Positions 1-9,912 are shown, numbered from the stretch's first letter. The stretch is 56,863 bases of DNA from a bacterium (GCA_043803945.1 JAZDJN010000025.1:1-56863); one strand, 5' to 3'. Translations and numbers: made by a program. Notes: generated by a model not told the origin, from the letters alone.

Positions 1-36
1 GGCTGCCTACCGGAGCACAAAGTGCGTAGGTGGGGA

Positions 37-108
37 AATGTCGAATGCGGAATTTATCCCGAGCCCGTCGAGGGATGAAAAGCTGATTCAGAGATAGATC
101 AGCTTTTT
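37..108 (+). repeat. L-type unit L0 (heptamers, REP-like hairpin, terminator)
   Basis: aatgtcgaatgcggaat, then hairpin atcccgag..tcgagggat, then aaaagctgat..atcagcttttt; same order as copies at 188-288, 15639-15696, 27487-27612, 36807-36948, 37428-37520. Confidence 0.75.
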
Positions 109-120
109 GCTGTAAAAGGG

Positions 121-178
121 TAACACGAGTTCTCCGCCACAAAGACGGCGGATCTGTGAGAATCTCGTTGGGGGTACT
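121..178 (+). pseudogene. tRNA-Glu 3' remnant (att-site like) with 27-nt hairpin insert in the T-loop
   Basis: TAAC-ACGAG-TTC[133-159]GAAT-CTCGT-TGGGGGTA = variable loop, T arm, acceptor 3' strand; identical to the longer copy at 27405-27484 apart from the insert. Confidence 0.8.
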
Positions 179-256
179 ATAAAATTACAGAATGTTAAAA
201 TGTGGGAATGAGGGAATTCACTCCGAGCGCAGTCGAGGGGTAAAGATTTCCGCTTG

Positions 257-288
257 AAAAAGCTGGTCCAAAACAGGATCAGCTTTTT
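257..288 (+). terminator. Intrinsic terminator of L1 (likely bidirectional)
   Basis: aaaaagctggtcc-aaaaca-ggatcagcttttt stem-loop with A and T tails. Confidence 0.7.
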
Positions 289-310
289 GCATTATGAAGG
301 AAACCCTGCA

Positions 311-420
311 ACTGAATTCACAGGATCCACGGAATCGAGCTGTATAAAATTCACCTACCGTGGTAGACAATTTGGTGTACACTTCTTAGAACCTCTCTTA
401 CAGCAACATATTCAATCACT
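311..420 (+). repeat. 110-bp direct repeat (L1 distal part, with arm-type boxes)
   Basis: Matches 15720-15829 with 2 mismatches; contains gtggtagaca (360) and ttggtgtaca (372). Confidence 0.92.
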
Positions 421-442
421 TATTCGATAGGTAATATCTAAG

Positions 443-997
443 TTGCAGTCCAAATTTTACCTCACCAAAAGAACCAACGGCATCTATTACAGCCTCATTA
501 AATCACCTGAGAAGAAGAATCAATGGAGGACTATGAAGTGCAGGAAGAAACCAGACGCATACCGTTTCCTGAAAGAGTTTGAAGAAACAAACAGTAAAAT
601 AAAGAGTCTCCAGATACCTATATTCTCCGAGTTCCTGAAGATGTATGAGGCTATCCAATCCTTAGTAATCCGAAAATCTACTCTCGAACCGTATAAAACG
701 CTGGCAGCGAAATTCATACTATTGAACCCCGATAAGCCGTTAAACACATATACCTCCCTTGAATTTGAACAGTCACGAGCCAAAGCCATAGCCGATGGTA
801 TGTCTGTAACAAGGATGAATATGTATACACGAGCTGTCAAGACACTGTTCAACTTTGCCTATAAACAGAATATCATCAGCCGCAATCCACTTGAAGAACA
901 ATTCAATTTGCTATCGACATATATAGGGTTGAGCAATTGTGAATGCAACGATCTGAAAGTTGTTCGTCAAGAAAACGAGATATTGTGTGTGTCGTGA
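443..997 (+). pseudogene. Truncated tyrosine integrase (arm-binding and SAM-like N-terminal domains only)
   Basis: KSTLEPY..F....PLNTYT...S.TRMNMYTRAVKTLFNFAYKQNIISRNP is the typical integrase N-terminal core-binding pattern; sequence degenerates after RNP and no catalytic R-H-R-Y domain follows. Confidence 0.8.
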
Positions 998-1317
998 TCG
1001 TAGAACTTGATACGACGAAGATGGCTGGGATAGTCGTTGTGTGTGTTGACTCCTGTAAGAACCAATGCATGATCACATCGCAAGCCTATTGCATTATCGA
1101 ACGGATGTGAGTAAACACCTGAACATTTCCGGTTGTTATCTTAAGAAATGATGTTCCATGAGTCTGTGATCGTTGTTGCTGTAAGTTACAGCAGGTTCGA
1201 CTGGCGATTGCTTGCCATTAATGAATCTGCATCTTAACTTAGCAAAGATCCAGGAATATTGAAATGTACCCCGGGATCGGGAAGAATCCAATATAGTGGC
1301 ATGAAAGGAGCCGGCTT

Positions 1318-3402
1318 GTGTCACCATACTCCTTGCCCGCACTGCTCGCCCTCGCGATTAACGTCTCACTGATTGTCATCGTCCTCCTTGACAACTTCCG
1401 AAGTTATCCGCACAGACTATTCGCCCTCCTCATTGCGTGCTTCGCACTCTGGGATATTGCGGATATTCTTGTGGTCAGTAGCATGATGGCGGAGCAGGCA
1501 TCGCTTGGTGGCGGTATAATTGTTACCGCATTGGTATTTGCGACAACATTTTTTCTGAACATTTCATTTCTCTTCCCTCGACCTGTTCAGTCAAGACAGA
1601 ACCAAAGTCTGATACAAATTCTCTCGTTCACCATCGCACTCACGTTCAGCGTTCTGTCGGCCCTCGGGCTTATTCATCCACTATCCCTCCAGTATTTTGA
1701 AGAGCGCCACTTTTATTGCTATGCCCTCAGCCACGCGGATACAATTTCTGGCGCCCTTCTCTTTCTCATCGTCATCACGTGTCTTACGCTTGGCATAAGG
1801 AATTTGCTCAGTCAACTACGCTCAGCGCGGTTTCATCGGGAGCGCAGGCAGATTCAGTTCTTTCTCTATGGAACAATCATGTTCGGCCTGCTTGTTGCTG
1901 TGCTCGATCTTCTGCACGATTTTGAGATGATTCACTTCTATTTTTCGAGGGCTCTCTTCATTGTGCTGGGTATTTCCTTTGCCTACGTAGTACTTGCCAA
2001 CCGGTTGCTTGTTGTTCACAAGATACTGAAGCACGGTGTCGTGTACTCTATAGTTGCTGGTTTGATGTTTGGCTTCTACATCCTCGTTGTTCAAGGTCTC
2101 GTGAAAGCAATGAAGCAGTTTTTCGGGATAGGATCGGTATCATTTGAAATCATCGCGATTCTCTTGTTTTCCTTCTTACTTTGGCCTCTCGCCAATGCTG
2201 TGCAGATGTTACTGGACCATCTTTTCTACCAGCATATTTTCCATTACCGGGACAGATTCATTGTCTTTACACGCGAGATGTCTAATCTCACAGGCATCAC
2301 AGATCTTGCGAAATCTGTCGATACGTTTTTGAAGCATGCGCTTCGGGTATCAACAACACAGATGCTGGTGCATGATGTACGGAGTAACAGTCTTCGGGGT
2401 GTTCTTAATCCATCTGTAACAATTCCGGTCGATGGTGTGTCTACCTCTTTCATTGCAAAGGAACACCGCGTGTTTGAAATTGGAGAGCTCCTGGAACACT
2501 GCTCGGATGACGAGCGGTCACTCCTGCAAGCATATGACGGTGGTGTTCTCCTTGGGCTGTTTGCGAAAAAGGGGATAAACGGTTTGCTTCTCATCGGATC
2601 CGCAGTCAATCACAGGGCGTATTCGCTTGACGAGATGCAGTTTCTCACGGTTTTTACCAATGAGGTGTCGATGGCCGTCGAACGAAACATGGTGTTGCAG
2701 CAGGTGAAAGAGGAGGAGGCGAAGAGCCTGCAAATGGAAAAGCTTGCAGCGATGGGGCGCTTGACAGCTGGTATCGCACACGAATTTCGCAACCCGCTCA
2801 GCATTATCAAAACATCTGCTCAGACTATTCTTAGAAATGTAGACGAACGGGAAGTGGTGCAAGAGACGGGGAGGTATATCGTCAGTGAGACAGAACGCCT
2901 TGATTCGATTGTCGGGACGTTTCTCCAGTTTGCCAAACCCCACACACCGGTCTGGGAATCGACTGAGCTTTCAGGGTTGTTTGATCGCGTGATTCGGTCA
3001 CTCGAGCAAAAGGCCGCTTTGACCAACGTGATCATCAGGAGCAGAGTGGAGCATGACGTCCCTGAACTTGTGACTTCGAGCCGGCACGTCGAACAAGCTC
3101 TGATAAACCTGGGTCTGAATGCACTTGAGTCGATGTCCGCGGGAGGTGTGCTGACGTTCTCCGCGATGAAAAAGGATGTGAAGAGCGTCCTCATTTCCGT
3201 TCAGGATACAGGCCCGGGAATCCCGCAAGAGTTCCAGGCGAGAATCTTCGATCCTTTCTTCACGACGAAACCGACAGGCACAGGGTTAGGCCTGGCTATC
3301 GTCTATATGATGGTCCAAAACATCAAAGGCTCCATTTCATTCACGTCCGGAAGTGCCGGCACACTATTTTCAATTGAACTTCCCATCGATGGTGCAGCAT
3401 GA
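1318..3402 (+). CDS. Membrane sensor histidine kinase (multi-TM N-terminus, GAF-like, HisKA, HATPase)
   Basis: AGIAHEFRNPL H-box, NLGLNA N-box, DTGPGI, FDPFFTTK, GTGLGL; many hydrophobic segments. Confidence 0.93.
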   Translation: MSPYSLPALLALAINVSLIVIVLLDNFRSYPHRLFALLIACFALWDIADILVVSSMMAEQASLGGGIIVTALVFATTFFLNISFLFPRPVQSRQNQSLIQILSFTIALTFSVLSALGLIHPLSLQYFEERHFYCYALSHADTISGALLFLIVITCLTLGIRNLLSQLRSARFHRERRQIQFFLYGTIMFGLLVAVLDLLHDFEMIHFYFSRALFIVLGISFAYVVLANRLLVVHKILKHGVVYSIVAGLMFGFYILVVQGLVKAMKQFFGIGSVSFEIIAILLFSFLLWPLANAVQMLLDHLFYQHIFHYRDRFIVFTREMSNLTGITDLAKSVDTFLKHALRVSTTQMLVHDVRSNSLRGVLNPSVTIPVDGVSTSFIAKEHRVFEIGELLEHCSDDERSLLQAYDGGVLLGLFAKKGINGLLLIGSAVNHRAYSLDEMQFLTVFTNEVSMAVERNMVLQQVKEEEAKSLQMEKLAAMGRLTAGIAHEFRNPLSIIKTSAQTILRNVDEREVVQETGRYIVSETERLDSIVGTFLQFAKPHTPVWESTELSGLFDRVIRSLEQKAALTNVIIRSRVEHDVPELVTSSRHVEQALINLGLNALESMSAGGVLTFSAMKKDVKSVLISVQDTGPGIPQEFQARIFDPFFTTKPTGTGLGLAIVYMMVQNIKGSISFTSGSAGTLFSIELPIDGAA

Positions 3403-4814
3403 CAGATGAAATTAACCTCCTTATCGTTGACGATGAAGAGAAAACGCGTAGGATTCTCGAACTCAACCTTAACAAGCGCTACCGCCTTCATCTGGCAGAA
3501 TCAGGCAGAGCGGCGCTCGAAATAATTCTTTCGAGGCCAATTGATATCGTTCTTACCGATCTCAAGATGCCGGATATTGATGGGCGGACAGTCCTTCGCG
3601 AAGTGAAGGAAAAAGGACACCCGATACCTATTATCGTCATGACCGCTTACGGGACAATTGAGAATGCAGTAGCGGTAATACAAGAGGGAGCTTTTGACTA
3701 CGTTGTTAAGCCTGTTGATCTTGATCAACTCGATCTTGTGCTCAATCGAGCAGTCGGACACGTCCTGTTGCTGCGAGAAAACGAGCACCTGCGCTCAAAG
3801 CTGATGATGGCAGAAAATGTGCCCGACATCGTGACAGCCAGCCATTCCATGCAACAGATCGTCAAACTCATTCAACAGATTGCACCGACGGATTTCACCG
3901 TGCTCATTGAAGGGGAGACGGGAACGGGGAAAGAACTTGTTGCACGCGCCATCCATGCGCTGAGTCCTCGAGTATCGAAACCTCTTGTTGCTGTGAACTG
4001 TGGCGCTATACCTCGCGAGCTGCTGGAAAGTGAGTTCTTCGGGAGCGAACGTGGTGCATTCACCGGAGCTGTAGGTCGGCGTGCCGGGAAGTTCGAGCAA
4101 GCAAACGGAGGGACGCTCTTCTTGGATGAGATAGGCGAGTTTCCCCTGGACCTGCAGGTGAAATTGCTTCGTGCGCTTGAGGAGCGGGCGATCACGAGGG
4201 TCGGGGGAATTGAAAGGCTGGCACTTGACTTCCGTATCATTGCTGCGACGAACCGTCGGCTGGGAGATGAAGTTGCTGCAGGACGTTTTCGTTCTGATCT
4301 GTACTATCGGTTGAACGTTATTGTTTGTTCGCTGCCGCCACTCAGGGAACGAGTTGAGGATACTCCGCTGCTGGCCCAGCACTTCCTTCTGAAGCATCAA
4401 CAGCGTGCCGGCAAGAATCTCAAAGGCATCGACCAGCGGGCGCTCGCGTACTTGAAATCGTATCACTGGCCCGGTAATATTCGTGAATTGGAAAATGTGA
4501 TGATGCGGTCGATCGTCTCGGCGACAACAGATTTTGTCACAATTGACGACCTCCCCCCCGACATGAGTTTGAAACCGTCTACGCAAGGAGGGAAACTCCC
4601 CTCCACGTTCGAGGAGTTCAAACAAATGAAGAACCAATTTAAGGATGAATACCTGAAGCAGCTTGAACGAGCATTCTTGCTCGAACATCTCCGACGGAAT
4701 AACTGGAACATCTCCCAGACCGCTCGCATAGTGGGAATGGACCGACGCCTTCTCCAAAATATGATGAAAGAGCAGGGGCTGATGAAGCCGACTGACGAAG
4801 CTGTTCCCTCCTAG
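3399..4814 (+). CDS. Sigma54-dependent response regulator (NtrC family)
   Basis: Receiver (VDDE, DLKMP), GETGTGKE Walker A, GAFTGA, LFLDEIGE, WPGNIRELEN, C-terminal Fis HTH; overlaps kinase stop (ATGA). Confidence 0.96.
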   Translation: MTDEINLLIVDDEEKTRRILELNLNKRYRLHLAESGRAALEIILSRPIDIVLTDLKMPDIDGRTVLREVKEKGHPIPIIVMTAYGTIENAVAVIQEGAFDYVVKPVDLDQLDLVLNRAVGHVLLLRENEHLRSKLMMAENVPDIVTASHSMQQIVKLIQQIAPTDFTVLIEGETGTGKELVARAIHALSPRVSKPLVAVNCGAIPRELLESEFFGSERGAFTGAVGRRAGKFEQANGGTLFLDEIGEFPLDLQVKLLRALEERAITRVGGIERLALDFRIIAATNRRLGDEVAAGRFRSDLYYRLNVIVCSLPPLRERVEDTPLLAQHFLLKHQQRAGKNLKGIDQRALAYLKSYHWPGNIRELENVMMRSIVSATTDFVTIDDLPPDMSLKPSTQGGKLPSTFEEFKQMKNQFKDEYLKQLERAFLLEHLRRNNWNISQTARIVGMDRRLLQNMMKEQGLMKPTDEAVPS

Positions 4815-4821
4815 ATCCTTC

Positions 4822-4906
4822 TGCGAAGAATTCTTCGCAGCCTTGTCCCCTTGATTTCCTCGAATTCTTAGAGATTCCTACATCTGGGTGCGAATCGTTG
4901 TTCGCA
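4822..4906. promoter_or_regulatory. Two TGCGAA-N6-TTCGCA palindromes, putative enhancer sites
   Basis: 4822-4839 and 4889-4906, upstream of a -24/-12 element and next to a sigma54 activator gene. Confidence 0.7.
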
Positions 4907-4967
4907 CCTTGTTGCCTCAGCATGAAGCTCCTTGGGTAATTCTTGAAGGAATTCGGCACGTCACGGC

Positions 4968-4983
4968 TGGCACGCATGTTGGA
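4968..4983 (+). promoter_or_regulatory. Putative sigma54 -24/-12 promoter
   Basis: TGGCAC-GCATG-TTGGA versus consensus TGGCAC-N5-TTGC (one mismatch). Confidence 0.6.
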
Positions 4984-5030
4984 GGACAGTCATGCACAGG
5001 CACAACAGGTCGATCATTATTACTTATCTC

Positions 5031-5138
5031 ATGTCAACAACACTCATCATCGTCGGGTTGATTTCAGCGGCACTTATCGCTGCTACCATTTGGTCAGGAA
5101 TCGTGTCTAGACGAGATTCACAAAAGGATCGCCGATGA
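5031..5138 (+). CDS. Possible small single-pass membrane protein (35 aa; 48 aa if started at 4992)
   Basis: MSTTLIIVGLISAALIAATIWSGIVSRRDSQKDRR: hydrophobic helix plus basic tail; below ORF track cutoff. Confidence 0.4.
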   Translation: MSTTLIIVGLISAALIAATIWSGIVSRRDSQKDRR

Positions 5139-5196
5139 GAAAGAAGATCTGCAGTTGATGTCACATATATCCACTTCTTTTACAGGAGACGTATCT

Positions 5197-5826
5197 ATGA
5201 ATACCAACAAAATCGCGAAGACCTTTTCTCTTCTCTTCGCACTTACGGCTGCCCTTCTTCTTAGCACAAGCAGCGCCGAAGCACACTGTGACACGATGGA
5301 TGGCCCGGTTGTAAAAAGTGCGCAAAAGGCGCTTGAGACCGGCAATATAAACCTCGTTTTGATTTGGGTTCAGAAGAAGGACGAGGCGGATATTAAGAAA
5401 GCGTTTGAAAGGACCCTTGCAGTACGAAAGCTGAGTCCTGAAGCAAAACAGATGGCAGATATGTACTTCTTTGAGACTCTCGTTCGCATCCACCGCGCAG
5501 GCGAAGGTGCGCCGTACACAGGGCTCAAACCTGCCGGTTCAGAAGCAGAGCCGGGCATTGAGATGGCGGACAAAGCTGTCGAGAAAGAATCGGGAGCGGA
5601 TCTGGTAAAAGACCTCAATGAAATAATGCACAAGAGCTTGCACGCCCTGTTTATGGAAGTGAAGGAGAAAAAGAACTTCAAGAAGGATGACGTCCAGGCT
5701 GGAAGAGAGTACGTGAAGGCATACGTGACGTTCATTCACTACGTCGAGAAGTTGTACCAGGTCGCACAAAAGCCCGCTGGCGAGCACGGTGAGGTGACAA
5801 AGGACGCAGGTGGGCATCAGCACTGA
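5197..5826 (+). CDS. Secreted DUF6448-family protein
   Basis: AGGAG RBS, signal peptide ending AEA, then HCDTMDGPVV, FFETLVRIHRAGEGAPYTGLKPAG, GREYVKAYVTFIHY; His-rich tail. Confidence 0.85.
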   Translation: MNTNKIAKTFSLLFALTAALLLSTSSAEAHCDTMDGPVVKSAQKALETGNINLVLIWVQKKDEADIKKAFERTLAVRKLSPEAKQMADMYFFETLVRIHRAGEGAPYTGLKPAGSEAEPGIEMADKAVEKESGADLVKDLNEIMHKSLHALFMEVKEKKNFKKDDVQAGREYVKAYVTFIHYVEKLYQVAQKPAGEHGEVTKDAGGHQH

Positions 5827-6050
5827 TTTGCAGTGCCATGATCGAGTCGAGCCCAGGTGTCCAGTCCTTGGGCTCATCGATTTCCTCGACGTTAATCACT
5901 GTGAGTCTGTCAATGGAAGAAGAAGTCACTTACCCGGCAGCGATCTTGGTGGGGAATACATCAAGCTAAAATCGAAGAACTAGTCGGAGTGTCTCCTCAG
6001 ACCAAAGCCAGGAGACAACCCGAGCGTGAGCATATCAAAGGAGTCAAGTC

Positions 6051-6344
6051 ATGTTTATCAATACCATTGAGTTTCCACCGATCAAAGCGGGGAAGGAAGA
6101 AGAATTTAGACAGTGGTTTCTTCGGTCCAACCAGGTGTGCAACAAATTTGCGGGCCTGATCTCGCGCCGGCTGCTGAAATCAACCAAAGAAGCTGGAAAG
6201 TACGTCACATTGGTTGAGCATGAGAGCAAAGAGACATTCATGGCAATGCATACAAGCCCGGAGCGTCAAGCTGCGTGGGAAGAACTGAAGCCACTCCTCG
6301 AAGGATCCCTCAAGCCCAGCTTCTTCGAAACGGTGGGGTTGTGA
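6051..6344 (+). CDS. Antibiotic biosynthesis monooxygenase (ABM) family protein
   Basis: GKEEEF..W....GLISRRLL..YVTLVEHESKETF.AMHTSPE; AAGGAG RBS. Confidence 0.8.
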   Translation: MFINTIEFPPIKAGKEEEFRQWFLRSNQVCNKFAGLISRRLLKSTKEAGKYVTLVEHESKETFMAMHTSPERQAAWEELKPLLEGSLKPSFFETVGL

Positions 6345-6372
6345 GCGGTAGAACTCATCATCGGAGATACTT

Positions 6373-6510
6373 ATGGAGCACAATCTGAACGGAGCAACAA
6401 TGGAAGGCAACATTGAGACGCGAATCAGGATTCTGGAGGAGGCAAAGATCCAGTTTCTGACCTATGGGCTGACAAAAGTCACAATGGATGAGATCGCGAC
6501 GGTATCTTGA
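6373..6510 (+). pseudogene. TetR-family regulator, N-terminal fragment
   Basis: Manual translation ..ETRIRILEEAKIQFLTYGLTKVTMDEIATVS* = first half of TetR HTH, then directly HlyD sequence. Confidence 0.8.
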
Positions 6511-7213
6511 CCGAAACCGGTCGCAAACGCTGATGCGGCTGAAGCACAATATCAGTTGATGGTTAAGGGACCGCGTGAAGAGGATATTCTTCAGGCCGAA
6601 GCGAATTATAGGAGCGCACAGCAGGACATGAACCGCGCAGATGAGCTGTTCAAAGCCAAGAGCATAACGAAGAAGCAACTCGAGGACATGCAAACGCGAT
6701 TCGTGGTAACCCAGCAGAGCTTCGAAAAGCTGAAACGTGGTTCCCGCCCCGAAGAAATCAGGGCAGCCCGTGCTCGGCGCGACCAGGCAGCTGCGCAGGT
6801 AGAGGCAATCCGCAAGAAGATCAGCGATTCGTTCGTGGTCGCATCGATGAGCGGCGTCGTCACGGAGAAGGGGCTAGAGCAAGGAGACGTTGTGATGCCC
6901 AATGGTTCGGTCTTCCGCATCTCACGGTTGGACAAGGTGCATCTCATGATTTATGTTTCCGAAGTAGAACTGGCTCGAGCCAAGTTAGGCCAGCCGGCCG
7001 ACGTGTCTATCGACGCATACCCGACCAAAGCCTTCCCGGGAACAGTCGTATATATCTCGGATATCGCTGAGTTTACTCCAAAGAATGTGCAGACGAAGGA
7101 TGATCGGACAAAGCTCGTGTTCAGGGTCAAAATTTAAGTGACTAATGCCGACGGATCGTTAAAGCCTGGCATGCCCGCGGATGCGACGATCCGAACCTCT
7201 TCCGGCTCGTGAA
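6511..7213 (+). pseudogene. HlyD/YbhG-like membrane fusion protein, 5'-deleted with internal stop
   Basis: GPREEDI, AEFTPKNVQTKDDRTKLVFRVKI; TAA at 7135-7137 is followed in frame by [16 protein letters not shown]; no N-terminal anchor. Confidence 0.85.
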
Positions 7214-7225
7214 GGTGAGGAACCC

Positions 7226-7860
7226 ATGGTACCAGCGATAGCGATCAAGGGATTGACAAAAACGTTCGACGGTATTACCGCCGTCGACGGCCTCGATCTG
7301 ATCATTGAACAGGGCGAGATGTTCGGCATCGTCGGACCGGACGGGGCAGGCAAAACGACGACGTTCCGGATGCTGACGGGAATCCTGATACCGACATCCG
7401 GCTCGGCAACAATCCTCGGTCACGACCTTGTAAAGGAGTCGGAAGAAATCAAGAAAGAGATTGGCTATCTCTCGCAGCGGTTCAGTTTGTACGGCGACCT
7501 GACTGTGGACGAGAACATCGAGTTCTTTGCCGAGATCAATGAAGTGTTCGACTACAAGGAGCGCCGCGAAAACCTGCTCGAATTCACCAGGCTGACACCG
7601 TTCCGCGACCGACTTGCAGACCAACTCTCCGGCGGCATGAAGCAGAAACTCGCGCTTGCGTGCACGCTCATCCATCCGTTAAAGATGTTCAAGCGTTTGG
7701 TGACAGGTTGAACGTTGTCGTCGAAAACAGCAAGCGTGACTTCCCGCCTGTTGAGCGGACGCTCATCGAGGCGAATATCCGTATTGCTGAATGGCGTATC
7801 ATCACGCCATCGCTGGAAAATATCTTTATCTCAATGATGTCTCATGAACAGAATGCATAA
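7226..7860 (+). pseudogene. ABC ATPase with internal deletion and frameshift
   Basis: GPDGAGKTT and LSGGMKQK present, stops before Walker B (TLIHP); C-terminal PSLENIFI continues in another frame. Confidence 0.85.
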
Positions 7861-9189
7861 CACGGAGTTCACCATGCTGAAAAGGCTTCTTCTCGTTACA
7901 CTTCTCCCTGCGCTTGTGCTCGCACAGGAAAAACGCGTGCTCACGATCGACGATGCAGTTCGACTCGGACTGCAGAACAGCAAACTGCTGCACATCTCAG
8001 AAGCGAAAACGATGGCGGCAGAAGCGAAGTTGAGGGAAGCGAACGCAGCCAGGTTGCCTTCACTGAAACTACAAGCAGGTTACACCCGGCTGAGCGATGT
8101 TGAGCTGTTGCTGTGAAATTGCCGTCATCGCCAACACCCATCGTGATTTCACCAACGGTGTTGGATCAATACACGTCGAAAGTGTCGTTACAGCAGCCTC
8201 TCTTCTCGGGATTCAGGCTTGAGAAGTCGGCCGCAGCCGCGGATTATTCGGCTCGGGCTTCGCATTTTGACTTTGAAAGAGACAGAGTTGATATGGTGTA
8301 CAACGTGAGGGCTGCGTACTGGGGCGTTTACAAGGCGACGGAAGTGAGGCGCGTGGTTGAGGAGAGCGTGGAGCAAACCAAGGCGCACATGAGCGATGTG
8401 AACAATATGATGGCGCAAGGGCTGGTGACAAAAAACGAAGTATTGAAGGTAGAAGTCCAGTACTCCAACGTTCAGCTTGCTCAGATTGAAGCAGCCAACA
8501 ACGTGAAGAACGCAATGATGTCGCTGAACAGCCTCAATGGATTGCCGCTTGATACTGAAGTTCGAATAGCTTCGGCGATAAAGGCTCAGACCGAGGAATC
8601 GCAGTCTGCTGACGCGTTCGCACAACTAGCACTAGTTTCGCGTGCGGACGTGAAGGCCGCGGAGATGAGAACCAACGCAGCGGATGCTTCTGTTGTCGCT
8701 ACCAATGGAGGGTGGTGGCCACAGCTCAATTTGTTCAGCAACCTCTACTACTCACGCCCCAATCAGCGCATCCTGCCGACCAGGGATGAGTTCAAGGATA
8801 CGTGGGATGTTGGTGTGAGCCTCTCGTGGGATATTTGGAACTGGGGAACGACAAAACACCAAAGCGACCAGGCTGAAGCAATACACAAACAGACACGTTA
8901 TGCGCTTGAGCAGCTGAAGGATAACGTCTCACTTGAAGTGAATCAGAGCTATCTCGCGCGGGCCCAGTCGAAAGAAAAGATCTCTGTAGCTACCAAGGGT
9001 GTTCGCCAAGCCGAAGAGAACTACCGTATGACAAAGGACAAATTTACAAACGGAACCGCAACGAACACCGATCTGCTCGATGCTGAGATTGTCCTGCTTC
9101 AATCAAAACTGAATTACACAATATCGCTCGTGGATTCTGAGCTTGCACAGGCAAAGCTGGCGAGGGCGCTTGGCAAGGAGAGCATGTGA
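7844..9189 (+). pseudogene. TolC-family outer membrane efflux protein, frameshifted near 8110
   Basis: Signal peptide and ARLPSLKL in 7844-8116; QQPLFSG, WPQL, G..TNTDLLDAE in 8113-9189. Confidence 0.85.
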
Positions 9190-9364
9190 AATGACGGAAT
9201 CATCCAGAATGTGCCGGTCCGATCTTTGAAAATACTCAGAGGCAGGAAGTATGTCTCCCGTCTGCGAAGAACCTGGTTGGTAATGTGCTTTGCCGGATCG
9301 GTGTTGAGAGCACCTGACCATGATGACTGCTCAATTTCCCTGATAGCGACAGAAAGAACAACAA

Positions 9365-9911
9365 ATGACAGACCACGCGATCGAAGTTAAGAACCTGACC
9401 AAGAAATTCGGCAGCTTTGCTGCCGTGGACAACGTGAGCTTCACAGTGAATAGGGGAGAGATATTTGGATTCCTCGGCGCCAACGGTGCGGGTAAATCAA
9501 CGACCATCAGGATGCTGATTGGATTGCTTGAGCCAACTGACGGATCCGCGACCGTCGGTGGGTTCGACGTCAAGACACAGACCGACCTGCTCAAGAGGAA
9601 CATTGGCTACATGTCGCAGCGGTTCTCGCTGTATGAAGACATGACGGTGGAGGAAAATATCCGCTTCTTTGGCGGTGTGTATGGATTGAGTAAGGAGAAC
9701 GGGATTCATTTTCCCAATTCGCAGCATGCCAGTGGCGTTGCAAGTGATTTCCAATTTATCGCCACCGAAGTTCTTCCTCATCACTCTTCGCGACATCATC
9801 CTGAAGGGCGTCGGACCAGTTGCGTTCTGGGACCAGCTCGTATACCTGTCCATCTTCGCAGCAGTGACGCTTGGCATCAGCTCGGTGCGATTGCTGAAAA
9901 AGGCAGAATAA
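9365..9911 (+). pseudogene. ABC ATPase N-terminus fused by deletion to ABC-2 permease C-terminus
   Basis: GANGAGKST and Q-loop to ~9695, then in another frame GFIFPIRSMPVALQVISNL..LRDIILKGVG. Confidence 0.85.
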
Positions 9912-9912
9912 C

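Noticed and set aside
3795-4757. 320-aa minus-strand ORF and the many similar antisense ORFs
   Set aside because: Shadows of well-supported genes on the other strand; no recognisable motifs
7135-7137. Stop-codon recoding in the HlyD gene
   Set aside because: The codon is TAA and the surrounding genes carry deletions, so ordinary pseudogenisation is simpler
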